Positions 1-8,725 of a stretch of DNA of 47,964 bases are shown piece by piece. Under the pieces are notes generated by a model that saw only the letters and a list, made by a program, of their open reading frames with translations, searched no databases and had not been told where the DNA came from. The DNA is from a virus (lineage: Duplodnaviria > Heunggongvirae > Uroviricota > Caudoviricetes). Each line of letters opens with the position of its first letter. The first letter of the stretch is position 1. The translations under genes were made by a program, and so were the position numbers. The stretch lies in the IMG/VR virus record IMGVR_UViG_645951848_000002; one strand, written 5' to 3'.

Positions 1-225
1 ATGTTTTGGGGACTTTCAGAGGATTTAATTAATAAAAACAATTATGATGAAGTTAATAAGTTATTAGATTTTATTTTTAATGATATTGAAATTGTTTCAA
101 CTAAAGATGGAAAAGAAATAAATTTATCAAAAATAGAAAAAGAAAAAGCTTTAAAAAGAATTGAAGAATTAGGTGAAATAAAAGTTGTTGAAAATTATAA
201 AGCTGGGAAATATTTTGAAATATAG
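1..225 (+). CDS. Hypothetical protein, probably the C-terminal part of a gene starting before the window
   Basis: ORF open from base 1; no motif recognised. Confidence 0.5.
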   Translation: MFWGLSEDLINKNNYDEVNKLLDFIFNDIEIVSTKDGKEINLSKIEKEKALKRIEELGEIKVVENYKAGKYFEI

Positions 226-272
226 CGATTGAGAAGAATTAGGAAAAACAAATAGCACAGTAATATTGATAA

Positions 273-539
273 CTAATTATCACTATAATGTCCTTTACAC
301 TGTAATATAACTATAAAATCATTTTCTATTTTATAGACTAATCTATCTTTGTCATTGATTCTCCTACTATATAATCCTGTTAAATTATTGGTTAGTTTTT
401 CAGGTTTACCTATTCCATTCAATGCTCCGTTTCTTTCAATATCTTTTATAAGTTCATTTATTTTCTTCAATGTTTTCTTATCTTGAGTTTGAAAATATAA
501 ATATTCTTCCCAGGCTTGGATAGAAAAACTAATTTTCAT
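273..539 (-). CDS. yoeB: Txe/YoeB family type II toxin (mRNA interferase)
   Basis: 88 aa; F...AWEEYLY, GIGKPEKL, YSRRIN..DRLVY pattern of YoeB. Confidence 0.9.
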   Translation of the reverse strand: MKISFSIQAWEEYLYFQTQDKKTLKKINELIKDIERNGALNGIGKPEKLTNNLTGLYSRRINDKDRLVYKIENDFIVILQCKGHYSDN

Positions 540-805
540 TATTCCATAGCCTCCAATTCTTCAATAGTTTTCATAATAACTTTACCATCTTTTACTTCAT
601 TAATTGAATTTTCTAAAGCTTTTATATTTTCATTTGAATAAAATGGATCTATTGAGACACTAAAAGGAATTCTTTTTTCTCTTGTTAATTTTTTTGCAAA
701 TATAGTAAATGCAGTTGTTATATTAATACCTAAATCATTACAAACAATTTCCATCTCTTTTTTCAAATCTTCATCCATTCTTATATTTACTAATTTCATT
801 GACAT
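539..805 (-). CDS. RelB/DinJ family antitoxin
   Basis: VNIRMDEDLKKE...LGINITTAF..F...REKRIPF ribbon-helix-helix pattern; overlaps the toxin start. Confidence 0.85.
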   Translation of the reverse strand: MSMKLVNIRMDEDLKKEMEIVCNDLGINITTAFTIFAKKLTREKRIPFSVSIDPFYSNENIKALENSINEVKDGKVIMKTIEELEAME

Positions 806-839
806 TTTTACAACCTCCTTTATTGTCTTTATATTGTAT

Positions 840-868
840 ATATTATATCTTTACATGTAAAAAGTCAA
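840..868 (-). promoter_or_regulatory. Sigma70-type promoter of the TA operon with a palindromic operator
   Basis: TTGACT-17 bp-TAATAT on the minus strand; spacer holds the palindrome TTTACATGTAAA (850-861). Confidence 0.65.
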
Positions 869-1036
869 GGATGAAATAAAGCCCTAATTTTACTTAGGAC
901 TTTTACTTTATATATTCTTTGTTATCTAACACTTCTTATCTTAATTTTAGATTTGTTATTTTATAGCTATTATTTATTGATGTCTAAAAATAAATAATTT
1001 TAATAAGTAACAAATAAATAACAAAAATCTACTTCC

Positions 1037-1095
1037 CCAACAAAAAAGCCCTCAACTTTTTGCAAGTTCGGGCTTTTTTGTAGAAATTAAACTAT
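1037..1095. repeat. Left att core of the prophage (59-bp direct repeat)
   Basis: Matches 42897-42955 except g1062/a42922; contains the inverted repeat ACAAAAAAGCCC...GGGCTTTTTTGT. Confidence 0.9.
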
Positions 1096-1169
1096 TTTTA
1101 AAATATAATTTCTAAAGTGTTCTAAATACCATTAATTCAAAATTTAAGTGTAGAATAAATTGACTTAGA

Positions 1170-1200
1170 TTAATTTTGATGGTATCAAAATGGAAACAAA
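1170..1200. repeat. Putative integrase arm-type sites (TGGTATCAAAA TGGAAACAAA)
   Basis: Near-identical tandem pair TGGTAACAAAA TGGAAACAAAA at about 42865-42886; both lie inside the prophage next to the cores. Confidence 0.65.
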
Positions 1201-1238
1201 GTAAAATTAAAATAACAAATGTTATATAACATAAAAAT

Positions 1239-1268
1239 AAAAAAAGAGGGTAGGATTTTTTCCTACCC
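1239..1268 (-). terminator. Intrinsic terminator after the lysis cassette
   Basis: GGGTAGGA/TCCTACCC stem with an A-tract on + (U-tract on -). Confidence 0.75.
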
Positions 1269-1269
1269 A

Positions 1270-1467
1270 TTATTTTATGAATTTTTTAATTTCTTCCATG
1301 TCTTTTTTTAATTCTGATTGATCCTTTTGCATTGCTTCTAACTGGTCCACTATCTTCTGCATAGTAGTCCTATAAATTTCAAATGTCTTGCTATCTTTCC
1401 ATAGAAAATATAGTAAAATAGCACCTACTACACCATATTCTAATAAAGTTTTTTCCATACACACCAC
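1270..1467 (-). CDS. Small holin-like membrane protein (BhlA/UviB-like)
   Basis: One N-terminal hydrophobic segment (YGVVGAILLYFLW) then a coiled coil; last gene of the lysis cassette. Confidence 0.55.
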   Translation of the reverse strand: MVCMEKTLLEYGVVGAILLYFLWKDSKTFEIYRTTMQKIVDQLEAMQKDQSELKKDMEEIKKFIK

Positions 1468-1926
1468 CTATATTCCTAATACTTTTCCCCAGTAATTATA
1501 ATATTCTCTAGCCTCTTTGGTCTTGTCTATAATAGCTTTATCCTTATATCCTTCATTCTGCAATTTAGATTTCCACGAAGTTTCTCCAAAACATCTTACA
1601 GCTGCATAGAATTTCCTTACAATTCTACTATCAACACCAGTTTCTTTCATAATATGTCTAAATATTTTATCTGCTAAGGTACGATTAATACCTGTATTGT
1701 TATAGCAACTATATAAATAATCGTGGATAACTGCTGCCTTGATGTATTTTCCAAATGGGTTATACAGCCATTGTAAACTCTTAGGGATAGAAGCTCCATC
1801 TGTTATAAAAGATTTGGGTACTCTTAACAAGTACCCACTTATATCATAAACATACTCTTCTAGCAAAATTGCCTTCCCATTTGAAATTGGTTCCAGGATT
1901 AATTTAGTTTTCTCCATCTTCCTCAT
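1468..1926 (-). CDS. DUF1353-like protein
   Basis: VPKSFITDGASIP, AAVIHDYLY, ADKIF, YAAVR.FG motifs. Confidence 0.75.
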   Translation of the reverse strand: MRKMEKTKLILEPISNGKAILLEEYVYDISGYLLRVPKSFITDGASIPKSLQWLYNPFGKYIKAAVIHDYLYSCYNNTGINRTLADKIFRHIMKETGVDSRIVRKFYAAVRCFGETSWKSKLQNEGYKDKAIIDKTKEAREYYNYWGKVLGI

Positions 1927-2287
1927 TTCCTTTTATATCTATCTTGTAACCATTAGCAAAGATATCAGAAAACTTTTGCAATGTCTTTTCTATAATGTCT
2001 ATCATTCTTTTTCTACTAATAAATTTTATAATTATAATTCTTGCTACCCAAGGTAAACTTGAAGTTCTAAATAGTATAAAATTTACTGCAGCTTCTAATT
2101 TTTTTCTATTTTCACCATGATTAAAACTTTCTTCTGCAAAAATAACTGATTGTCTAAATAGATTTACATACTGTTTTCTATTGTAAATAAGATAAACTAA
2201 AATTATTCCTGCTACTGCTAACCATAACCATTGTTCCATACTAAAACCTGCTAAATATCCTATTGCTTGATTAATAAAATCTTTCAT
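1904..2287 (-). CDS. Membrane protein, holin candidate
   Basis: Hydrophobic WLWLAVAGIILVYLIY segment; lysis context. Confidence 0.5.
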   Translation of the reverse strand: MKDFINQAIGYLAGFSMEQWLWLAVAGIILVYLIYNRKQYVNLFRQSVIFAEESFNHGENRKKLEAAVNFILFRTSSLPWVARIIIIKFISRKRMIDIIEKTLQKFSDIFANGYKIDIKGNEEDGEN

Positions 2288-2302
2288 AATTTAAACCCCC
2301 TG

Positions 2303-2500
2303 TTATTTGTTATAAAAATTAATTCTTTGTCTTAATACACTTAAATAGCCTTTCATAAATTTTAGCTGTTCTTTTAGATAAACTTGCTCTAATCCTTTTA
2401 ATTCTTTAAATTTTTCTCCATTAATAAAATTTTCTAACTTTGTTACTTTATCTTGTAATTCATTTTTCTCTACAATCATTCTTTCTATAAATGCTTCCAT
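2303..2500 (-). CDS. crAss001_48-related small coiled-coil protein
   Basis: FIERM..EKNEL..KVTKL..F...QL..MKGY..VL..RI pattern recalled for this family. Confidence 0.55.
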   Translation of the reverse strand: MEAFIERMIVEKNELQDKVTKLENFINGEKFKELKGLEQVYLKEQLKFMKGYLSVLRQRINFYNK

Positions 2501-2548
2501 TTCATACCTCCTAAAATTTATTTTTTTGTCTGGCCAGACAATTGTTAA

Positions 2549-2926
2549 TTAATCTTCAATTTGGAAATGTGGACCATCTTTAAATGTTTTCCAATCTCCA
2601 CCCCAAGTTATAATATAGCCTAATTTTCTTGCTACTTCTTTTACACAATCAGCAACTTCTTTATAATATTTAAAATCCCAAGTTACTTTCCCATTAATCC
2701 ATACAGCTATATCAACTGCTTTTCCTTTCAAATGATAGCTTTTTAAAGTCTTAGATTTTCCTTGTGCAACTAATTCTTTTTGCCTTTTTAGAGTTCTTAT
2801 TCCTTCTGTTATAGAAAAATCATAAGGACTTTCTTTAATAGCTACATTCATAAGATTTTGAAGTCTTATGTCTACTGTTGTAAGTTTTGCTTTGCTTCTT
2901 TCAGAAAACTTATACATTTTTCCCAT
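2549..2926 (-). CDS. Endolysin, M15 family peptidase (L-Ala-D-Glu type)
   Basis: ITEGIRT..RQ, SYHLKGKAVDI, WGGDWKTFKDGPHFQ zinc-peptidase motifs. Confidence 0.9.
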   Translation of the reverse strand: MGKMYKFSERSKAKLTTVDIRLQNLMNVAIKESPYDFSITEGIRTLKRQKELVAQGKSKTLKSYHLKGKAVDIAVWINGKVTWDFKYYKEVADCVKEVARKLGYIITWGGDWKTFKDGPHFQIED

Positions 2927-2989
2927 CTCCTTTATTTCTTTATATAAAAATTATTAAACTGACCTCGTAATTTGCCATTTAAAGCCATT

Positions 2990-3019
2990 AAAAAAAGGTA
3001 GCTATATAAAACTACCTTT
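2990..3019 (-). terminator. Intrinsic terminator between the fibre and lysis modules
   Basis: AAAGGTAG/CTACCTTT stem with an A-tract. Confidence 0.65.
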
Positions 3020-3039
3020 AATGATAGAAACTCTTTAAA

Positions 3040-3761
3040 TTAACCTTTTGCTAGTGTATTATGTATTTCTTTTCTCTTACTTTCAAATTCAGCTTTTGTA
3101 ACTTCTTTTGGGTTGACCTTAGTTTTGAAATAGTTTTCTGTGTCATAAACTGACTGAGTAAATGTTTTTCCATAACTAGCTAATATTAAAGATTGCTCTA
3201 AATCTAATTTTAATCCAAAATTATCTTCAAAATACCAAGTGATTGGTTTTTCTTTTCCATAAACAGTTTTTTCTGCTAACATAAAAGTTACATTTGAAGC
3301 CAATAGAGTTATATCTTTATCTCTACACTTTTGCCTATGAACCTCATTTCCAACTTTATAATCAAATCCATAAGCCAATGATTTAGCCTTTAAATCATCT
3401 ATAAGTGCCATATAGTCTGGTATTCTCTTTCATTATCTAATAGCCACAAACCTTTTTCTTTGTTCCAACTCAAATACTTTTGATTTCCACTTGGTTTTGG
3501 CACTGTTATAATTTTCTTATCTTTTATGATTTCTCCATCTTCCAATGTAACATCTATTCCAGCTCTTACCTTTTCTTCTCTTGTCATTTCTCTTAGTATG
3601 TCATCTTTATAGATGGGATATTGATAAGATACATCAGTGATTATCACATCTGTCGTATATGCTGGAAAATATGATAGAGGTGATTTTAAGACATCTTCCA
3701 AGCTTTCTGCATAAACAGAAAAGATTAATTTTTCTTTCTTGTAAAAGTTTATTGTTTTCAT
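3040..3761 (-). pseudogene. DUF4376-like tail fibre-associated protein split by a 1-nt frameshift (ORFs 3399-3761 and 3040-3411)
   Basis: TAC CAG ACT ATA TGG CAC TTA TAG; adding one base gives continuous YQDYMALIDDLK. Confidence 0.65.
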
Positions 3762-3929
3762 TTTTTTCTCCCTTCAATTTTGAATAGATTTTTAAATTTA
3801 TAAAGAATTTATAGTTTTATTTTGTAGCTTTGAGCATATTTTTATATTTTTTCTTAAATATAATTTCTAAGATTTTTATATTTAAGACACTCAAAACAGC
3901 ATTTTAAATTATAAAAAACTGAATAAATT

Positions 3930-4634
3930 TTAAGCATAAACATATTCTGACAAGAATATTCCAGTTATTCCTGTTATATCACCATACAAGAAAAAACCTG
4001 TTTCTTCTATAGATATAATTGCAGTTCTGGCATTAGTTCCATGTACAAGCATAGCTCTACTTATATTTTTTGGAAGTTGAGTTGAAATGTGCATATTATC
4101 ACTTCTTACTGTTACATAAACAATTTTTTTATCTTTGATTTTTGATGTATTTAAAACATTACTTGTATTAAAACCTAATCTAAAAGAAGTTACAGATGCT
4201 ATATCTCCATTTGGTTTTGTGTTTAGATTTTCCAATCTATCCAAAAGACTGTTGTTATCTAATGGGATAAAATTAGCCACGTTTGCAGATACATCTGAAT
4301 TTTGATTTAAACACTTATACATTTTTCTAGTATTTCTATCATAGTAGATGTAGTTTACATCTTTTACTCCTGCCTCTTGTATATCTCCACCATAGCCCAC
4401 ACATCCAAACATTCTGGCTAGCATCATACCTTCGAGAGCTTTTCCTTCAGTAGTTCCATATTGTACTATCCCTGCTTTTTCTCTTGTTGCTCCATTTTTA
4501 ATTTCTGTAACAGCATTATTTAATTTCTCTGTTTCTTTGTCTATTAATTCTGAGTTTTGATTAAAATCATCTATGTTATAATAATCATTTCCGCCTGGTT
4601 TTATTAATCTTAAATGTTTAGTATAATCTGCCAT
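3930..4634 (-). CDS. Tail fibre / receptor-binding protein
   Basis: MADYTKHLRLIKP..NDYYNIDDFNQN N-terminus and ATREKAGIVQ fibre motif; follows the baseplate genes. Confidence 0.75.
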   Translation of the reverse strand: MADYTKHLRLIKPGGNDYYNIDDFNQNSELIDKETEKLNNAVTEIKNGATREKAGIVQYGTTEGKALEGMMLARMFGCVGYGGDIQEAGVKDVNYIYYDRNTRKMYKCLNQNSDVSANVANFIPLDNNSLLDRLENLNTKPNGDIASVTSFRLGFNTSNVLNTSKIKDKKIVYVTVRSDNMHISTQLPKNISRAMLVHGTNARTAIISIEETGFFLYGDITGITGIFLSEYVYA

Positions 4635-4637
4635 TTT

Positions 4638-5288
4638 TTATCTCCTTTCATCATAAATACTTCTGTTTTTTATAGTTTTTAAAGATGTATGTTTCATAGA
4701 ACTTAACTCAATATGTTTATGATACTTTCCAATGACATCAGCATCATTATAAAGTCTAGTATCATATATCTGTTTGTGAGTTTTGCTTTTCAAAATATTA
4801 TGAACTAAATACGCCACTTGATTGTGTGTATTATATCTAAATTCAATACTGAAATTTAGATGAGCTGGTTTATTAATATGAATAAAGTTTTTAAAGTTAT
4901 CCAAATTAGATGGTATTCCAACTACTGAAGTAAATTTAATTATGAAAGAATAATCATTGTAATTTTCAATAACTTCAATTTCTCCATTTGTGAATATCTT
5001 AGCTTGTTCCTTTAAAACATGAGGTGTAAAAATATTTTTAGATAGTAAAGTATAGATAATTCTGTCTTTTCTATCCTGCAAGCTCCAACCATTTTTATAG
5101 TCTAATTCCATAAACCTTTCATAATTAGCCACTTGTTGCTCATTAAAAAAAGCTATAAATAATAGCTCCTTGTATTTTTGTATATCATTTTTAGCATATT
5201 TACAGATTAAATCTAGTGTTCTGATTAAATCTTCTTGTAAACTATTTCTAGCTATTTTTGAAACTTTCTTAATTAATCTATTGCTCAT
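4638..5288 (-). CDS. Baseplate wedge protein (DUF2313/YmfQ-like)
   Basis: Follows baseplate J; C-terminal KPAHL motif. Confidence 0.75.
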   Translation of the reverse strand: MSNRLIKKVSKIARNSLQEDLIRTLDLICKYAKNDIQKYKELLFIAFFNEQQVANYERFMELDYKNGWSLQDRKDRIIYTLLSKNIFTPHVLKEQAKIFTNGEIEVIENYNDYSFIIKFTSVVGIPSNLDNFKNFIHINKPAHLNFSIEFRYNTHNQVAYLVHNILKSKTHKQIYDTRLYNDADVIGKYHKHIELSSMKHTSLKTIKNRSIYDERR

Positions 5289-6345
5289 TTATAATCACTG
5301 TCCTAACTACTAATATCTCATCATCTGCAATTTCTATATTAGAATTAGAATTGTTTACTTTTACAAAGTTATCATTTACTCCGTCTATTTCTAAAATAGC
5401 TTTCTCTAAACGATTAATAGATAGTATTGTTTTATTAGCTTTCTCAAAAGTAACATTCCCAGTTTTTATAACAGCTTTCAAAAGAGATTCAATCTTTTCT
5501 TTTACATCTGATAGAGCATATCCAGATTTTAATATAGTATTAACTTCTATGTTTATAGTCTTAGCTCTAAAGCTTTCTATAGTTACATCAGCTCCGACAG
5601 GTCTACCGTCATCGCTTTGTATTCTTTCTCTAACTTTTTGAATTAGACTAGAATCAGCTATATCATTATTATAGTTAGCAATTAGAACTTTAACAGTTCC
5701 GTTTCCATTCCAAAGAGGTTTTACTAATACTTTTCCAACTCCATCAACTTGTTTTGCCCATTGTTCATAATCATAGATGTTTCCACTATGAGCGGGTCTT
5801 GTAGCTTTTTCTTTAGCTCTAGCTACAAGTACAGAATTAGGTTCTTTATCATATCCATTTATAATTTCTTTTTCGTTCGTAACACTGTAGATATTGCTAT
5901 TTTGAATTTCAAACGTTGTGATTTCTCCTATTGCAGCATTACCTATTTTTCCTTCTGATAAGCATTCTATTTCTATCTCCGCAACTCCAGCTGTGCTAAG
6001 ATATTCTTTTCTTAAAGATTTATATTTTATACCATCTCTATTTAGAAATATTGTATCTTCTTCTATGATAGAGTTTGCTTTTCCTGTTATTTTTAGAGTT
6101 CCTTTTGCCTTAGTTCCAACTCTTCTTTTTACTCCAAACATTAAAGCATGTTTATCAACATATTCATCTTCTGTAGCTGTATCTATGAATGTTTGTTTCT
6201 CCCAGAACTCTAATTCTTTATAAACTTCTTCTGCTGTTATTCCAAAAGTTGCAGCAATATCAAAGTTATAAGTCCCTTCCATTTTTGAAAGTGGGTTTTT
6301 AAGATTATCTAAGAAATTATTTCTTAATTCTATTTTATCTTTCAT
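5278..6345 (-). CDS. Baseplate J/gp47 family protein (XkdT-like)
   Basis: FIDTAT.EYVDKHA..FGVKRR, SGNIYDYEQWA, V.PLWNGNGTVKV, RPVGADV motifs. Confidence 0.9.
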   Translation of the reverse strand: MKDKIELRNNFLDNLKNPLSKMEGTYNFDIAATFGITAEEVYKELEFWEKQTFIDTATEDEYVDKHALMFGVKRRVGTKAKGTLKITGKANSIIEEDTIFLNRDGIKYKSLRKEYLSTAGVAEIEIECLSEGKIGNAAIGEITTFEIQNSNIYSVTNEKEIINGYDKEPNSVLVARAKEKATRPAHSGNIYDYEQWAKQVDGVGKVLVKPLWNGNGTVKVLIANYNNDIADSSLIQKVRERIQSDDGRPVGADVTIESFRAKTINIEVNTILKSGYALSDVKEKIESLLKAVIKTGNVTFEKANKTILSINRLEKAILEIDGVNDNFVKVNNSNSNIEIADDEILVVRTVIINEQ

Positions 6346-6771
6346 TTACACCTCCATCTCTAGTTCTCCATATATAGTTCGTACATTAAAGGTTATCTGC
6401 GGAACATATTCTTCTTCATTAGAAATTTCAAAATTATAACATTCTAAAATGTATGGGTTTACTAATAAAGTATCTCTTATTTGATTAATCATTAAAGCAT
6501 CTTTAACTGTTTTATGATAGATAGTTCCTATATTGGTCTCTAATTCACTTCCATATTCATCACTATGTACATCAGTATACCTAAATCTTTCAGTCTTTAA
6601 TGCTTTGAATATCCATACTTTTAAAGCTTCATTTTTTTCTAAAAGTTTTATATCATTTCCTTCTTTTATATATTCTCCAGTTTTAAAGTCTATGGCATAT
6701 TCTTTAAAAATAGGTATTTCTTCAGCTTCTATTTCTGTTTTTTCTAGAAAAATATTAAAATCTTTTTCCAC
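6346..6771 (-). CDS. Baseplate protein (DUF2634/XkdS-like)
   Basis: EYAIDF.TG, EALKVWI.KAL.TER, YGSEL, L.NPYI, TIYGE motifs. Confidence 0.8.
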   Translation of the reverse strand: MEKDFNIFLEKTEIEAEEIPIFKEYAIDFKTGEYIKEGNDIKLLEKNEALKVWIFKALKTERFRYTDVHSDEYGSELETNIGTIYHKTVKDALMINQIRDTLLVNPYILECYNFEISNEEEYVPQITFNVRTIYGELEMEV

Positions 6772-6772
6772 A

Positions 6773-7225
6773 TTACACCCCCTTTATTGCACCGCTTGGC
6801 ATTTTTACTATCTTTGTTACAACCACATAATGCACTCCCATGACTAAAACCAATACCTCATCACCTTTTTGAAGTGTATCCTCAAACCAGATGTCTTTAT
6901 GAGATTTGTATGTTCCATTTCCTTGATATTTTCCACTTCCATTTAATTTTGGTATACTATGCCCTGCTGTATCAGATGTAGTATTGTTATAATCATAATT
7001 GTTCACTTCTATATTTATCTCATCTATAACTCCATCTATCGTATAATCTCTATGATAGTGAGGCAATAAGTAATTGCTGCAGTAAATTTGCTCAGATGGA
7101 ATTACTTGCCCATCAAATTTAATTGTTAGATTTGGTGGTGGAGTTTCAACAGATGCTTTTATGATAGATGTCCCTTTTGTAGCTTGTCCTATCATTTCAC
7201 CTATTAAAGAACCTAATTCACTCAT
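6773..7225 (-). CDS. Baseplate spike-like protein (DUF2577/XkdR-like)
   Basis: PPPNLTIK, L.KGDEVLV, YVVV.KIV motifs; position. Confidence 0.7.
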   Translation of the reverse strand: MSELGSLIGEMIGQATKGTSIIKASVETPPPNLTIKFDGQVIPSEQIYCSNYLLPHYHRDYTIDGVIDEINIEVNNYDYNNTTSDTAGHSIPKLNGSGKYQGNGTYKSHKDIWFEDTLQKGDEVLVLVMGVHYVVVTKIVKMPSGAIKGV

Positions 7226-8262
7226 TTCTTATCCCACCCTTCTGGAAACAGTTGATCTAATTTATCTACTTTTTTATTTTTCTCTTTTTTAACTTTTTTA
7301 CTTTTTTTAACTTTTTCTTTATTTTCAAATTCTGCTTTATCCATTACATTTTCAAAAGCTAACTCAACATTACAAAAATGGGTTTCTCCTTCAAATACAT
7401 GAGTATCTGATTTAACTAAGAAATCTCCAACAAGTCCAGTATGTGGCTCTTGTATTCCTATATTGTATCCAGCTTGAATTAATACATTTCCTAAGCAATG
7501 TAATCTCGAACTTTTTTCAACACTTTTTAACATATCTTTTGCATTTGCTATATTATCTACATCTTTTTCATATTGCATAACTTGTTGAAATAATCCAAAT
7601 TTCTTTTTATCTTCTGCATTCTCTACTTTATTAAGTATTTGTTGCTTCTCATTTTCCACTTTATATATAACTATTTGATTTATCATATTTTCTATGCTTT
7701 CTTCATAAGATGATGTAGAAATGTTATCTGCACTAGTTAAAAGAATATCAGCATGTATTCCTTGCTCAACTATATCTATTGCTTTATCATTACTCACAAT
7801 AGAATAAATTTTTTTATTTTTTCTATGTTGAATAGTGTAAGCATTTAATATTATTTCATATCCGCTTCTATCAATAGCCGGATATGTACAAGTAACCTCA
7901 TCTTGTGGTATTTTACCTACTTTTAAATTAAGTTCTCCGCATATTTCTTTTATGATTTCAGAAGGCTTTTTTCTAAAGAAATTTTTAACAAAGTTATTTT
8001 TATTTAAGTAAATAGAATTGTCATAAGCATAGAATGTCTTAACATCAGTATCTCCTTTTCTTGAATGAAAAAATACTTTTCCAACAAATAATTTTTCATC
8101 ATCATAAGAAAATTCAATTTCATCTCCTATTTCAGTTATGATATCTCCTAAGTACTCGACTTCTAATTTTCTAGCCGTTCCATGTATTGCTCCACTCCAA
8201 ATAACCTGAATAAAAATATTTTTATATTCTTTTCCATTAACATATATTTTTACTTTTTCCAT
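7222..8262 (-). CDS. Baseplate hub protein (XkdQ/YqbQ-like)
   Basis: WSG......ARKLE, AYDNSIYLNKN, KKFGLFQQV, G.VLIQAGY motifs. Confidence 0.8.
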   Translation of the reverse strand: MEKVKIYVNGKEYKNIFIQVIWSGAIHGTARKLEVEYLGDIITEIGDEIEFSYDDEKLFVGKVFFHSRKGDTDVKTFYAYDNSIYLNKNNFVKNFFRKKPSEIIKEICGELNLKVGKIPQDEVTCTYPAIDRSGYEIILNAYTIQHRKNKKIYSIVSNDKAIDIVEQGIHADILLTSADNISTSSYEESIENMINQIVIYKVENEKQQILNKVENAEDKKKFGLFQQVMQYEKDVDNIANAKDMLKSVEKSSRLHCLGNVLIQAGYNIGIQEPHTGLVGDFLVKSDTHVFEGETHFCNVELAFENVMDKAEFENKEKVKKSKKVKKEKNKKVDKLDQLFPEGWDKK

Positions 8263-8266
8263 ATTA

Positions 8267-8713
8267 TCACCTTTGAAGTAAGCCTCTAGCTACATCTAGC
8301 AGTGTTTTATTTTTAGTAAACTCTATTAAGCTTATTTCTACATCAATATCTCCTGTTCTTTCAACTATAGAAAAATTTAAACTTTGTATATAGCATTTAA
8401 AAAATATGTTGAACTCAGGAACAATTAAAGTCAAAGGCTCTTTATCATTTTTTAATTTAGTTAATGTTTCTACACTTCCAGAAGGAGTTGCAGACAATAG
8501 ATAATTAAAAAAAGGTGATTTAAGATTAGGAAAAAATGTAGAAAAACTAATTCTTTCAGCTTTTCTATTTCCTATTAATGTCTTTTCTCCTACGTCAATT
8601 ATTTTAAAAATCTGTGTGTCTTGCTCACTTTCAATCTTTAAATCCAAAGGTGGAACCACAAAGAAAAAAGGAGTACTTGTAGAATTTTTCAATAAAATAA
8701 ATGTTGGTTTCAT
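8267..8713 (-). CDS. Tail tube initiator (XkdP-like, no LysM seen)
   Basis: Position after the tape measure; ISFSTFFP and GDIDVEISLIEF motifs. Confidence 0.65.
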   Translation of the reverse strand: MKPTFILLKNSTSTPFFFVVPPLDLKIESEQDTQIFKIIDVGEKTLIGNRKAERISFSTFFPNLKSPFFNYLLSATPSGSVETLTKLKNDKEPLTLIVPEFNIFFKCYIQSLNFSIVERTGDIDVEISLIEFTKNKTLLDVARGLLQR

Positions 8714-8725
8714 ACTATCCTCCTT

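Noticed and set aside
1037-1095. att core as the 3' end of a host tRNA or tmRNA
   Set aside because: No T-arm or CCA pattern on either strand; it looks like a bidirectional terminator hairpin.
3040-4634. Diversity-generating retroelement or active shufflon at the tail fibre
   Set aside because: No reverse transcriptase, no TR/VR pair, no adjacent invertase or inverted alternative cassettes in the window.
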